DNA from: an uncultured Thermomicrobiales bacterium
Lineage (GTDB): Bacteria; Chloroflexota; Chloroflexia; Thermomicrobiales; UBA6265
Length of the DNA stretch: 64,000 nucleotides
Reading direction: 5' to 3'
NCBI GenBank assembly: GCA_902806325.1
Contig: CADCWE010000031.1
Location: forward strand, 16,112 to 80,111
Shown: positions 21,460-30,910 of the stretch, one piece after another
Layout: each line of letters starts with the position of its first letter
Position numbering within the stretch: the stretch's first letter is position 1
Position numbers and translations under genes: made by a program
The notes under the pieces: generated by a model
Database searches by the model: none
What the model saw: the letters and a program-made list of their open reading frames with translations, nothing else
Told to the model about the DNA's origin: nothing

Positions 21460-21866
21460 CCCCGCGCCAAGCAGGAGAGCGCCCCCTCGCCCGCGGTGTT
21501 TCGATGCCGCCGGGTAGAATGCGGATAACTATGGTTGAGCGAACATCCCCCGGCGGTGGTTGATACCGGACATAATACCGAATTGATCGGTAGCCGTTTG
21601 TCATAACCTGACCGTACTCGGACTTGGATGCCTTGCGCGAGAGCGGGAGCCCGCCGATTCCGCCCCGGCGTTGGCCGGCGCCGGGCGACACCATTGCGCC
21701 AGAGCCTATAACAGCGGTCGACACGCGGCGACTTCCGCGAAGCCAGGCGCACGCCGGTCCTGCGTCCAGTACGCCACACGAAACGTTTCGAGCGCCATCC
21801 GCGACCCGTCTCGGCCGACCGTCGGTCATGCTGCACCGAGGGCGGCGGTCCGGTTGCGTTAACGGG

Positions 21867-21895
21867 CCGGCGCCGGCCACAACGGCCGGCGCCGG
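21867..21895. terminator. Hairpin downstream of the sortase gene
   Basis: CCGGCGCCGGCC-ACAAC-GGCCGGCGCCGG, a 12-bp stem. Confidence 0.55.
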
Positions 21896-21941
21896 GTTGC
21901 GATGGTATGGCGACGAGGCGACCATCGTCCAAAGGCCGAAC

Positions 21942-22940
21942 CTACTCCTCCGACTGGAGGAACTCCTCCGCCACGTACCCCTCGTTGCCCTCTTCATCGG
22001 CAACGTTCAACCAGACGCGTTCGCCATCGTTGACCGCGTTGCCGATCACCGTGAGGCGGGCGCCTTGCGGCAGCACCGCCAGCACCTCGGCATCGGTCGA
22101 GGCGTCGACGCGCAGGTTGACCTCCGCCTCGGTCACGGTGACGAATCCGCCTTCTTCGAACCCGGACTCGACGACATCGTCCGCGATATCGTCCTGGGCG
22201 GCGTCCTCGGCCGCCTCGTCGTCCGCGTCGACGGCCACGGCGGAGTCATCGCCGCGGCTGATTGCCACCCCGACGGCACGAACGACGGTCCGCGACAGGT
22301 ACTCCCCGGTCGCCGCGTCGAACTCGCCGCCGCAGGTGATCAGGGTCAAGGCCTCGCCGTCGGTCGGGCCGACGATCTCCTGGATCTGCTCCGGCGTGAT
22401 CGTCGCCATTTCGTAGGTCTGCATCCAGTCGACCTCGTAGGTCAACGTGGTGCCGTCGCCGGCGGAGACGACGATCTCGTCGCCGGCGACCACGTTGCGC
22501 AGGTTGTAGAGCACGGCCGGTCCGACGTCCCAGTAGTCGACGTGCCCGGCCATCACGGCGTTGCCGCCCTGTCCCGGCTTGGCGGTCTGCTCGTACCACG
22601 AGACGACGAACGGGCCGGTCGGGTTCTGCATCACGCCGTCGACAATCTGCACCGTTTCGACCGGCGCGTCAACGAACGCCGCGGGGATCGCTATTCCGAG
22701 CGGCAGAACCCCATCGAGCTGGATCGCCGGAGCCGGGTTAAGGCCGATCGGCCCCGGCCGGAGCCCGTCGGTGGTCGGAACCTCGCCGATGCCGTCGGTT
22801 AACAGGCTCGCGCTCGCCGCCAGCACGCTCGACAGCGACAACGCGGCACACAGCAGCGCCATGGCGGCGAGACGGCGCCCGTGGGCGGCGAACCGGCGCG
22901 CGGAGGCTTTCGGACGGTCGGTGGTCGGGCTGGGTACCAT
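21942..22940 (-). CDS. Class F sortase with C-terminal SH3b-like domain
   Basis: N-terminal signal/TM; PGQGGNAVMAGHVD, LTLITCGG, RTVV triad; acidic linker; VNLR...VWLNV....GNEGYVAEEFL; GGAG RBS. Confidence 0.88.
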   Translation of the reverse strand: MVPSPTTDRPKASARRFAAHGRRLAAMALLCAALSLSSVLAASASLLTDGIGEVPTTDGLRPGPIGLNPAPAIQLDGVLPLGIAIPAAFVDAPVETVQIVDGVMQNPTGPFVVSWYEQTAKPGQGGNAVMAGHVDYWDVGPAVLYNLRNVVAGDEIVVSAGDGTTLTYEVDWMQTYEMATITPEQIQEIVGPTDGEALTLITCGGEFDAATGEYLSRTVVRAVGVAISRGDDSAVAVDADDEAAEDAAQDDIADDVVESGFEEGGFVTVTEAEVNLRVDASTDAEVLAVLPQGARLTVIGNAVNDGERVWLNVADEEGNEGYVAEEFLQSEE

Positions 22941-23171
22941 GCCTTGCTCCAGGCCCACGGTGGGGCGGTTTGACAGCGAGCATCGCCGCTTGACAGGACG
23001 TGATGTGCGTGCGAATAGCGTAGCGCCTGCGGTGGCTAGGGCACAAGATCCCGGATCGGCCAGTTTTCCACCGCTTCGGCGCGGAGGGTCTCGGCCGGTC
23101 GCGCACTATACTGAACGCCTCGCCCGCCAACGCCGTTTCGCCTTCGCCGCGAAGGAACCCCCTCCCAAACC

Positions 23172-24782
23172 ATGGTCGCTACCCCCTCTCCGGTCGAAGC
23201 CTTCGCGTCCCAAACCGGCGCTGTGGCGCGCGTTACCGCTCCCGCCCCGTTCTTGCGCCCGATCGTCTTCTTCGGCGGGGTGAGTTCGATCGGGATCGAA
23301 CTATCGGCGTCGCGTTTGATCGCCCCCTACTTTGGCGGCTCGACGTTTATCTGGGCCAACCTGATCGGCCTAACGTTGGCCTTTCTCTCCATCGGCTACG
23401 CCATCGGCGGCCGGGTCGCCGACCGCTACCCCGACCCGCGGGTGCTCTACACCGCGACGGCGGTCGCCGCCTTCGCCGCCGGTCTGATCCCGGTTCTGGC
23501 GCGGCCGATCTTCTCCGCGTCGTTGGGGGCGTTCGACCGCTTGGCCGTCGGCGCCTTCTACGGTTCACTGCTCGGGGTGCTGGTCTTATTCGCCGTCCCG
23601 ATCACGCTGCTCGGGTTCGTCACCCCATACGCAATCCGGCTGCGCTTGGATGCGATCGCCCACGCCGGCCACACCGCCGGCGGCATCTACGCCTTGTCCA
23701 CCGTTGGCTCGATCGCGGGCAGTTTTCTGCCGGTGATCGTCCTGATCCCGCTCTTCGGCACCGCGCGGACCTTCCTCATCCTGAGCTTGGCGCTGTTGAT
23801 TCCGTCGGTGCTGGGCCTGATCGCGGTCGGCGCCCGCGGCCGGGCGGCGGTGGCGGTCGGGCTGATGGTCGCGCTCGGGGTCGTGGCGACCATCGCCGCC
23901 GAGGGCAGGATTAAGCCGCCGGATCGGGGCCGTCTCCTCTACGAGACCGAATCCGAGTACAACTACATCCAGGTCCTGGAAGATGACGGCCGCACCCTGC
24001 TCGCGCTCAACGAGGGCCATGCCGTTCACTCCATCTACGACCCGGAGCGCCTGCTGACCGGCGGCCCCTGGGACTACTTCATGGCCGGACCGCTGTTCAC
24101 GCCGGATGCCGGACCGGACGCAGTTGACACCGCGCTCCTGATCGGTCTGGCCGCGGGCACGGTGGCACGGCAACTGGAATCCGCCTACCCGGGGATCACG
24201 ATCGACGGCGTCGAGATCGACCCAGAGATCGCCCGCGTCGGCCGGGAGTATTTTGCGATGGAGTCGCCGAACCTCGACGTCATCGTCGAAGACGGGCGGT
24301 ACTTCTTGCGGACAACGACGGAGCGCTACGATCTGATCGGCGTTGACGCCTACCGCCAGCCGTACATCCCGTTCCAACTCACGTCTCGAGAATTTTTCCA
24401 AGAGGTCGCCGACCGCCTCACCCCGGGTGGCGTCGCGGTGGTCAACGTCGGCCGCACCCGCACCGACTACCGGCTGGTGGACGTGATCGCCTCGACGATG
24501 CGCGATGTCTACCCGACGGTCTTCGCGATCGACGTCGAGGGGTACACCAACACGATCGTCGTCGGAACCAACGCGCCGTCGCCGCCCGGCGCCTTTGCCA
24601 AGAACGCGGCCCGGTTGGCTCCCGATTCGGAACTCGGTCAGATCGCGGCAACCGCGCTGGCCACCGGCAACATCCGGGAGGTCTCGCCCGGTGGGCGCGT
24701 GTTTACCGACGACCACGCGCCGGTCGAACTGGTGGTGGACCAGATCATCCTCGACGTGGCGCGCCAGGGAGACGACCCGTGA
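23172..24782 (+). CDS. Fused MFS-like membrane domain / spermidine synthase-like SAM-binding protein
   Basis: About 7 TM helices (GGRVADR, YALSTVGSIAG), then LIGLAAGT, VEIDP, DGRYFL, YDLIGVDAY, TDDHAPVE. Confidence 0.85.
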   Translation: MVATPSPVEAFASQTGAVARVTAPAPFLRPIVFFGGVSSIGIELSASRLIAPYFGGSTFIWANLIGLTLAFLSIGYAIGGRVADRYPDPRVLYTATAVAAFAAGLIPVLARPIFSASLGAFDRLAVGAFYGSLLGVLVLFAVPITLLGFVTPYAIRLRLDAIAHAGHTAGGIYALSTVGSIAGSFLPVIVLIPLFGTARTFLILSLALLIPSVLGLIAVGARGRAAVAVGLMVALGVVATIAAEGRIKPPDRGRLLYETESEYNYIQVLEDDGRTLLALNEGHAVHSIYDPERLLTGGPWDYFMAGPLFTPDAGPDAVDTALLIGLAAGTVARQLESAYPGITIDGVEIDPEIARVGREYFAMESPNLDVIVEDGRYFLRTTTERYDLIGVDAYRQPYIPFQLTSREFFQEVADRLTPGGVAVVNVGRTRTDYRLVDVIASTMRDVYPTVFAIDVEGYTNTIVVGTNAPSPPGAFAKNAARLAPDSELGQIAATALATGNIREVSPGGRVFTDDHAPVELVVDQIILDVARQGDDP

Positions 24783-25657
24783 CCGAAACATCCGGCGTGA
24801 TGGTGCTCGACCCGGCGTTTCCCACTCCACGGGATGGCTCCGCGCCAGAGCCGCACTGTCAAGGGCCACCGCGGCCGCTCAAAAGCGCCCTGCTCGACGC
24901 GGTGCCCGGCGTCGTCCACGGGATCACGGGACGGGTGCCCGGACTCGGCGCGGCGGACGGCAACGTCGCCTACAGCGCGCCGCGTGATCGGCAAGACGCC
25001 TGGTTGATGCGACAACGCTGGTGCGCTGCGCTCGGACTCGACGCCGCCCGCTTGGCGGTCTTGGGCCAGATCCACGGCGCGGCGGTGCGGAAGGTGGGCG
25101 CCGATGACGCCGGGTCTGGCGCACGACCGGCCACCGATCCGGCGGGTTACGGCGATGCCCTGATCTCGGACGAACCCGGCGTCGTCCTGATGACGTTGCA
25201 CGCCGACTGTTTGCCCCTGCTGCTGGTGGACCCGGATCGCCCGGCCGTGGCCGCGGTCCACGCCGGGTGGCGAGGTACGGTCGCCGACATCGCCGGAGCG
25301 ACCGTTGCGGGGATGCGGCGCGCCTTCGGCAGCGATCCAGCGCGCTTGCTCGGCTACATCGGCCCGACGATCGGACCGGACTGCTACGAGGTCGGTCCGG
25401 AGGTGGCGGAGGCGTGGCTTGCCGTGGCGCCGGACGGCCAGGCGTCACTGCGGGACACCGGCTCCCGGCCGTCGTTCGATCTCCGGCGGGCGAATCGTCA
25501 CCTGCTGGCGGCGGCCGGACTCGAACCCGCCCGGATCGAGGTCAGTTCCATCTGTACCCGCCACGACGGCGACGCCTGGTTCTCGCACCGCGGTCAGGGT
25601 CCGGCGACGGGCCGCTTCGGGGCCATCATCGCCCTGGCGGACCGAGACGGGGACTGA
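24779..25657 (+). CDS. pgeF: PgeF/YfiH/YlmD family purine nucleoside enzyme / peptidoglycan editing factor
   Basis: QIHG, ADCLPLLL, AVHAGWRG, GPTIGPDCYEVG, FSHR. Confidence 0.92.
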   Translation: MTETSGVMVLDPAFPTPRDGSAPEPHCQGPPRPLKSALLDAVPGVVHGITGRVPGLGAADGNVAYSAPRDRQDAWLMRQRWCAALGLDAARLAVLGQIHGAAVRKVGADDAGSGARPATDPAGYGDALISDEPGVVLMTLHADCLPLLLVDPDRPAVAAVHAGWRGTVADIAGATVAGMRRAFGSDPARLLGYIGPTIGPDCYEVGPEVAEAWLAVAPDGQASLRDTGSRPSFDLRRANRHLLAAAGLEPARIEVSSICTRHDGDAWFSHRGQGPATGRFGAIIALADRDGD

Positions 25658-25658
25658 G

Positions 25659-26342
25659 ATGGCGCTGGCCCAACGCATCGCCAAGGTGCACGAACGGATC
25701 GCCCGCGCCACCGAGCGGGCCGGACGCGACCCGGCGTCGGTAACCCTCGTCGCGGTCTCGAAGACGGTCGACCGGGAGTCGGTGGACGAAGCCTACCGGC
25801 ACGGGCTGCGCCATTTCGGCGAGAATCGAGTGCTCGACGCGGTCGAGAAGTACGCCACGCCGCTGCCAGAAGACGCCTCCCTCCACCTGATCGGCCAACT
25901 CCAAACCAACAAGGCCAAACCGGCCGCCGGTCTCTTCGACCTCGTCGAGTCGGTGGATCGCCCGTCGCTGGTCGGTGCGCTGGCCAAGGAGGGCATGCGG
26001 CTCGGGCGGCCGATTCCGATCTTGCTCCAGGTCAACATCTCCGGGGAAGAGCAAAAAGCGGGCTGCGACGAGGCCGCGGCCGACATGCTGGCTGATTCGA
26101 TTCTGACCGAACCGTCGCTCGCGCTGCGCGGGCTGATGACGATCGCGCCGCTGGTCGCCGATCCCGAGCACGTGCGGCCCGTGTTCCGCGGTCTGCGCGA
26201 GTTGCGTGACCGGCTCCAGATTCGCCATCCAGAATCGAGGCTCGACATCCTTTCGATGGGGATGTCGAACGACTACCCGGTCGCGATCGAGGAAGGCGCG
26301 ACCCACGTTCGGGTGGGCCGCGCCGTGTTCGAACGCAACTAA
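25659..26342 (+). CDS. yggS: PLP homeostasis protein YggS
   Basis: LVAVSKT, FGENR, HLIGQLQTNK, LSMGMSNDY, VRVGRAVF. Confidence 0.95.
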   Translation: MALAQRIAKVHERIARATERAGRDPASVTLVAVSKTVDRESVDEAYRHGLRHFGENRVLDAVEKYATPLPEDASLHLIGQLQTNKAKPAAGLFDLVESVDRPSLVGALAKEGMRLGRPIPILLQVNISGEEQKAGCDEAAADMLADSILTEPSLALRGLMTIAPLVADPEHVRPVFRGLRELRDRLQIRHPESRLDILSMGMSNDYPVAIEEGATHVRVGRAVFERN

Positions 26343-26359
26343 CAGGCCAAGCGGCGCGC

Positions 26360-29209
26360 CTACGGGGTCGGAGTAGGCGTTCCCGCACCGGGCGTGGCTT
26401 CCGCCAGCCGGACCAAAATCGCCTCGATCGCGTCCTGCTCCCGGCCGTAGGCGGTCCAGTCGCCGCTCTCGAGGGCGGCTTGGCCGCGGGTGAAGGCAGC
26501 GAGCGCCTGCTGGGCGAGGTCGGCGTCCGCGCCGGTCGGTGGGGCGTCTTGGGGCTGCGTCGCCGGGTCGATGGCGCCCGGGTCGGGAGCAGCTTCGAGC
26601 GGACCGGCGGCGTCGGCCGACCCGCTGGCGATGGCTTGGAGCGCTTCCTCCAGCGTCGGACGCATCACGACGCGCTCGCTTGTGGCGGCGATCACCCGGC
26701 GCAGTTCCGGCAGGCCGGCGCCGCTGGCGGTGGCGCGCAGGTAGAGCGGTTGGACGTAGAGCAACCCGTCGCCGATCGGGATCACCAGCATATTGCCCCG
26801 GATCACTTCCGAACCGGCCTGATCCCACAGCGTGATCTGGGACGAAATCTCCGGTTCTTGGCTGATCCGGGCGGCGATCTGCTCCGGTCCGAACACGGTC
26901 ACTTGGCGCGGGAACCCATAAACGACGAGTCCATGGGAGCCGTCGGGCGCCGTCCGCGCCGCCATCCAAGCGGTCATGTTTTGTCGCTCTTGCTGACCAC
27001 CGGGGGTAAACGGCAGGATCAAAGCGAACTCGGACTTCTGCTCGCCGGGGAGGGTCAAGGAGACGTAGTACGGCTCCATGCGGAGCGTTTCCTCGCCTTG
27101 GCGCTCGCGGGCGATCGCCCACCGGTCGTCGCTGTTGTAGAAGGCCTGGGCATCGGTGACGTGGTAGGCGGCAAACACCTCAGTTTGGACGTCGAACAGC
27201 AGCTCCGGGTAGCGGAAGTGGGCGGCGATCGTCGGCGACACCTCGGCGACGGGGCGGAACAGGTCCGGGTAGATGTCGGCGTAGGCGTCGGCGATCGGGT
27301 CGGCGACGTTGGTGCGGTAGAAGGTGGTCGTGCCGTCGTAGGCGTCGATCGTCACCTTGACGCTGTTGCGGACGTAGTTAATGCCCCGGGTCGGCGTCGC
27401 GTCGGGGTAGCGGCTGCTGGTGGTGTAGGCGTCGATCACCCAGACCAGGCGACCGTCGGCGATCACCAGGTACGGATCCGGATCGTAGTCGAGGAACGGG
27501 GCGATGGCGCGGACGCGCTCGCCGATCTCGCGCCGCAGCAGCAACTTCGAGTCGTCGGTCAGGGCGCCGCTGAGGAGGACGTTGCGGTCGCGCAGGAACA
27601 CGGCGGCGACCAGCTTGGTCCCGAAGTTGGACAGTTCGATCGCCCCCCGGCCCGCGCCCTCGTAGCGGGCCGGCTCATTGGCCAGGCCGGTGAACTCTTC
27701 TTGCTCGGTGTCGACGATCACCCAATCCTCGGCGCTCTCGCCGAAGTAGATCTCCGGCCGGGTCACGACCAGCGGGTCGTTCTCGACCGGGGGACCGGTG
27801 CGGGTCGGCGGGATATCGGCGAGCAGAAAGGGAGGCAAGCCCCGGTTGTCGACCTGGCTGACCGGGCTGACGACCAGGCCGTAGCCGTGGGTGTAAGCGA
27901 GGTGGCGGTTGTTCCAGTTCTTGGCGTTTTCCGGCAATCCGGCGAGGTTGAGTTCTCGGGCCGAGAGCAGCACCTGGGTCAACTCGCCGCCCAGGTCGTA
28001 ACGGTCGATGTCGACGTCCCGGAACGCGTAGTACGGGGCAAAGGCTTGCAATTGCTGGTAGGTCGGTCCGATCACTCGGTAGTCCCAAAGTCGGATGTTG
28101 TCGACGGTGGTCGGTTGGGCCTGGATCGATCCAGGGGCCGGTTCTCCCTGCCCGGAAAGGTCGCGCACCGTCACGGCGTCCAATCCGTACGCCTGGCGGG
28201 TGAAGGCGATGTTGTCCTCGATGAACGGTCGCTCGCGGCGCAACTCGCTCGGATCGACCACGGTCCGCTGCACCGCCGCCGGGTAGATCACGCCGAGCAA
28301 GACACCAAAGGCCGCCCAGGCGATCAGGGCGCCCGCCAGCAGGCGCAACCGGCGCACGTAGGCGTTGACCACCAGCAGGACGGCGGCGACGGTCGTGACC
28401 GCCGCCAGGGCGTAGTTCGCCCACCGCTGGGCGTTGACGTCCGTGTAGCCGGCGCCGAAGACGAAGCCCCGGGTCGAGAACAGCAACTCGTAGTTGGCGA
28501 GCACGTACCCGGCGGCAAAGGTCAGCAAGACCCCGCCCAGCAGCGCGAAGACGTGGATCCGCATCTGATCGGGCACCGACCGCCAGTTGGCCGGTCGCAT
28601 CCCCAGCCGGAGCGCGTAGATGAGGGCGACGCCGATCGCGGTCGCGATCAGGAGGGCGGTCAGGCCGCCGCGCACCGCCTGCAGCACCGGCAGCGTGAAC
28701 ATATAAAAGCCGACATCGCGCCCAAAAATCGGGTCATCGATCCCGAACGACCCCCCGTTCCGGAACAGCAACCACTGCTCCCAGCGCGCGGCGCCGGACG
28801 ACCCGGCGGACAACGCGACGAGCGCCGTCGCCGCCAAGAGCAGCCAAACCAGCAACCGCTCGCCCAGCGGCGCGGCGCCGCCTACCGGTCGGGCGCGACG
28901 GGTCCGGCGGAGCGCAAAGACCAGATTGGCGAGGAAGAACCCGCCCGCCAACACGCCAAAGAGCGCGAACAGCGTCACCTGCGAGACGTACCGGGTGACC
29001 AGCACCGAACGGTAGCCGACCGAGCCGAACCACCACCAGTTGACCCAAAACGCGGCGGTGGCGAAGACGACCACGAACAGCACGACGAAGAACGCCGCCG
29101 TGATTAACATCCGCCGGGTGGAGGGGGAAACCCCGAACGACGGCAATGATGGGCGCGGCGGCACGCCCGGATTTGGGCGCCGGTTTTGGTTGGGCGGTAG
29201 GTTAAACAC
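26360..29209 (-). CDS. UPF0182 (COG1615) membrane protein
   Basis: WWFGSVGY, DPIFGRDVGFYMFTLP, NIRLWD, YTHGYG, NYVRNSVKV, HFRYP, LLYVQPLY. Confidence 0.92.
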   Translation of the reverse strand: MFNLPPNQNRRPNPGVPPRPSLPSFGVSPSTRRMLITAAFFVVLFVVVFATAAFWVNWWWFGSVGYRSVLVTRYVSQVTLFALFGVLAGGFFLANLVFALRRTRRARPVGGAAPLGERLLVWLLLAATALVALSAGSSGAARWEQWLLFRNGGSFGIDDPIFGRDVGFYMFTLPVLQAVRGGLTALLIATAIGVALIYALRLGMRPANWRSVPDQMRIHVFALLGGVLLTFAAGYVLANYELLFSTRGFVFGAGYTDVNAQRWANYALAAVTTVAAVLLVVNAYVRRLRLLAGALIAWAAFGVLLGVIYPAAVQRTVVDPSELRRERPFIEDNIAFTRQAYGLDAVTVRDLSGQGEPAPGSIQAQPTTVDNIRLWDYRVIGPTYQQLQAFAPYYAFRDVDIDRYDLGGELTQVLLSARELNLAGLPENAKNWNNRHLAYTHGYGLVVSPVSQVDNRGLPPFLLADIPPTRTGPPVENDPLVVTRPEIYFGESAEDWVIVDTEQEEFTGLANEPARYEGAGRGAIELSNFGTKLVAAVFLRDRNVLLSGALTDDSKLLLRREIGERVRAIAPFLDYDPDPYLVIADGRLVWVIDAYTTSSRYPDATPTRGINYVRNSVKVTIDAYDGTTTFYRTNVADPIADAYADIYPDLFRPVAEVSPTIAAHFRYPELLFDVQTEVFAAYHVTDAQAFYNSDDRWAIARERQGEETLRMEPYYVSLTLPGEQKSEFALILPFTPGGQQERQNMTAWMAARTAPDGSHGLVVYGFPRQVTVFGPEQIAARISQEPEISSQITLWDQAGSEVIRGNMLVIPIGDGLLYVQPLYLRATASGAGLPELRRVIAATSERVVMRPTLEEALQAIASGSADAAGPLEAAPDPGAIDPATQPQDAPPTGADADLAQQALAAFTRGQAALESGDWTAYGREQDAIEAILVRLAEATPGAGTPTPTP

Positions 29210-29394
29210 GGAGCGATGTCACCTCTGACTGTGCCAGTCTGGCACCGGCGGGGCGGGGGATGCTAGCATCCGGAACGAGCCGGGCGGGGCACTCAAGGTA
29301 GGACGGCAATGGGTCACCAGCCGGGACATCGTACCATCATCAGCCGAGGGTTCGCGCTCCGGAGGGACGCGCCTGCTCGATCTGGTAGCGGCGG

Positions 29395-30204
29395 ATGACC
29401 GTGACGGTACGCAGCCTGGGCAGCGGCAGCTCCGGCAACGCGCTGCTGGTCGAGAGCGACCACGCCGCGATTTTGGTCGATTGCGGCCTTTCCCCGAGGC
29501 AGTTGGACGCCGGGTTGCGCGACTGCGGTCGAACCCCGTCCGAACTCGCCGCCGTCCTCCTGACCCACGAACACAGCGACCATATCCGGGGACTGGCCTG
29601 GATCGCGAAGACCGGGGTGCGGATCATCGGCACCGCCGGGACCGTAACCGCGGCGGGAACTCCTGCCGCGAACCGGGAGGAAATCCGGGCCAATCGTCCG
29701 CTAGCCATCGCCGGGCTTTGCGTGACGGCGCTCGGCGTCTCCCACGACGCGGCCGAACCGGTCGGGTTTCACATCTCGGGCGTCGGCGGCACCGTGACCG
29801 TGGTCACCGACCTCGGGCACGGCGACGAGGCGCTGCACGATCCGCTCTCGGTCTCCGACCTGATCGTGCTCGAAGCCAACCACGACGAGGCGATGCTGCG
29901 CCGCGGTCCGTATCCGCCGCACTTGAAGCGGCGCGTCCTGTCCCGCGTCGGCCACCTGTCGAACGCCGACTGCTCGCAAATGCTGGCCGAAGCGCTGGCG
30001 CACGGGTCGGGGAGCCGCACCATCTGGCTTGCCCACCTTTCCCAGACCAACAACCGGCCGGAACTGGCGACGCGAACGGTCGCCGCCCGGTTGGTCGCCG
30101 GTGGCCTCACCCATCGCGTCGAACCTTTGCCCCGAACCAGGGTCGGGCCGATCTGGCGTTCGGACGAGGCCCCGCAGATCGCCATTCAATTGCCGCTGTT
30201 GTAG
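29395..30204 (+). CDS. MBL-fold metallo-hydrolase, YycJ/WalJ-like
   Basis: SGSSGN, THEHSDH, SHDAAEP, LEANHD, GHLSN, LAHLSQTNN. Confidence 0.9.
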   Translation: MTVTVRSLGSGSSGNALLVESDHAAILVDCGLSPRQLDAGLRDCGRTPSELAAVLLTHEHSDHIRGLAWIAKTGVRIIGTAGTVTAAGTPAANREEIRANRPLAIAGLCVTALGVSHDAAEPVGFHISGVGGTVTVVTDLGHGDEALHDPLSVSDLIVLEANHDEAMLRRGPYPPHLKRRVLSRVGHLSNADCSQMLAEALAHGSGSRTIWLAHLSQTNNRPELATRTVAARLVAGGLTHRVEPLPRTRVGPIWRSDEAPQIAIQLPLL

Positions 30205-30335
30205 CGGTCTCCAACGCCGAACGGGCAGCGCTACCGGTCCCCAGCGATCCAGCGACCGTTCGCCGGTATACTCGACGTGAGCGGCGGTCAGCCGCCGCGA
30301 CTTCACGACAACCTGCTCGAACGAAAGGGTGTCCC

Positions 30336-30704
30336 CTGAGCGCGTTTCTGGTCCTCCACGATCGCCTCGCGACCTCGACGTTGCTGTTCATGGCCGCGCT
30401 CGGCGTCTGGGGATGCTGGACGTACGTTCGCGGTGGGTCGCTGTCTGGCAGCCTAGCCGGCGCCTTCGTGATCGGCCAGGGCCTGGTCGTGGTGCAGGCG
30501 GCGGCGGGCATCGCGCTCTACTTGGGGGGGCACCGACCGGCGACCTCCGTTCACTACCTCTACGGGGTGACCGCGATCCTGGTGCTGCCGTTCGTCTGGT
30601 CCTACATGAAAGACCGGCATCCCCGTCAAGGGTTGCTGCTGTACAGCCTGCTGGCGCTGTTCGTGGCCGGATTGGCGGTACGTGGGATGGCGACCGGCGG
30701 TTAA
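30336..30704 (+). CDS. Small 4-TM hypothetical membrane protein (probable CTG start)
   Basis: LHDRLA...ALGVWG...IGQGLVVVQ...HYLYG...RGMATG; AAAGGG before CTG; TATACT at 30267. Confidence 0.7.
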   Translation: MSAFLVLHDRLATSTLLFMAALGVWGCWTYVRGGSLSGSLAGAFVIGQGLVVVQAAAGIALYLGGHRPATSVHYLYGVTAILVLPFVWSYMKDRHPRQGLLLYSLLALFVAGLAVRGMATGG

Positions 30705-30818
30705 GCACCGACAACAGGGTTTGACCCGAGCGTCGCGCGGTACGACGCCGTAGGTCGTCGGCGTTGATCGCTGTTGTGGTCTATTAATGCCAGATGTTGT
30801 TGCCTTTGCGTCAAAATG

Positions 30819-30847
30819 TTGACAGGCTTGTGGCCTGCGCGTACAAT
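30819..30847 (+). promoter_or_regulatory. Near-consensus sigma70 promoter of the HTH gene
   Basis: TTGACA-17 bp-TACAAT. Confidence 0.85.
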
Positions 30848-30910
30848 CCGACCGTACAGTCTGGCACGTACGCCGCAAGCGACGCCCAACATGCGCCGGA
30901 AGGAGCCATC

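Noticed and set aside
26480..29107. Long antisense ORFs (875 aa here; also 48999-52055, 963-2915, 5181-7091, 13567-15423)
   Set aside because: Shadow frames of well-supported genes in high-GC DNA; no motifs or RBS
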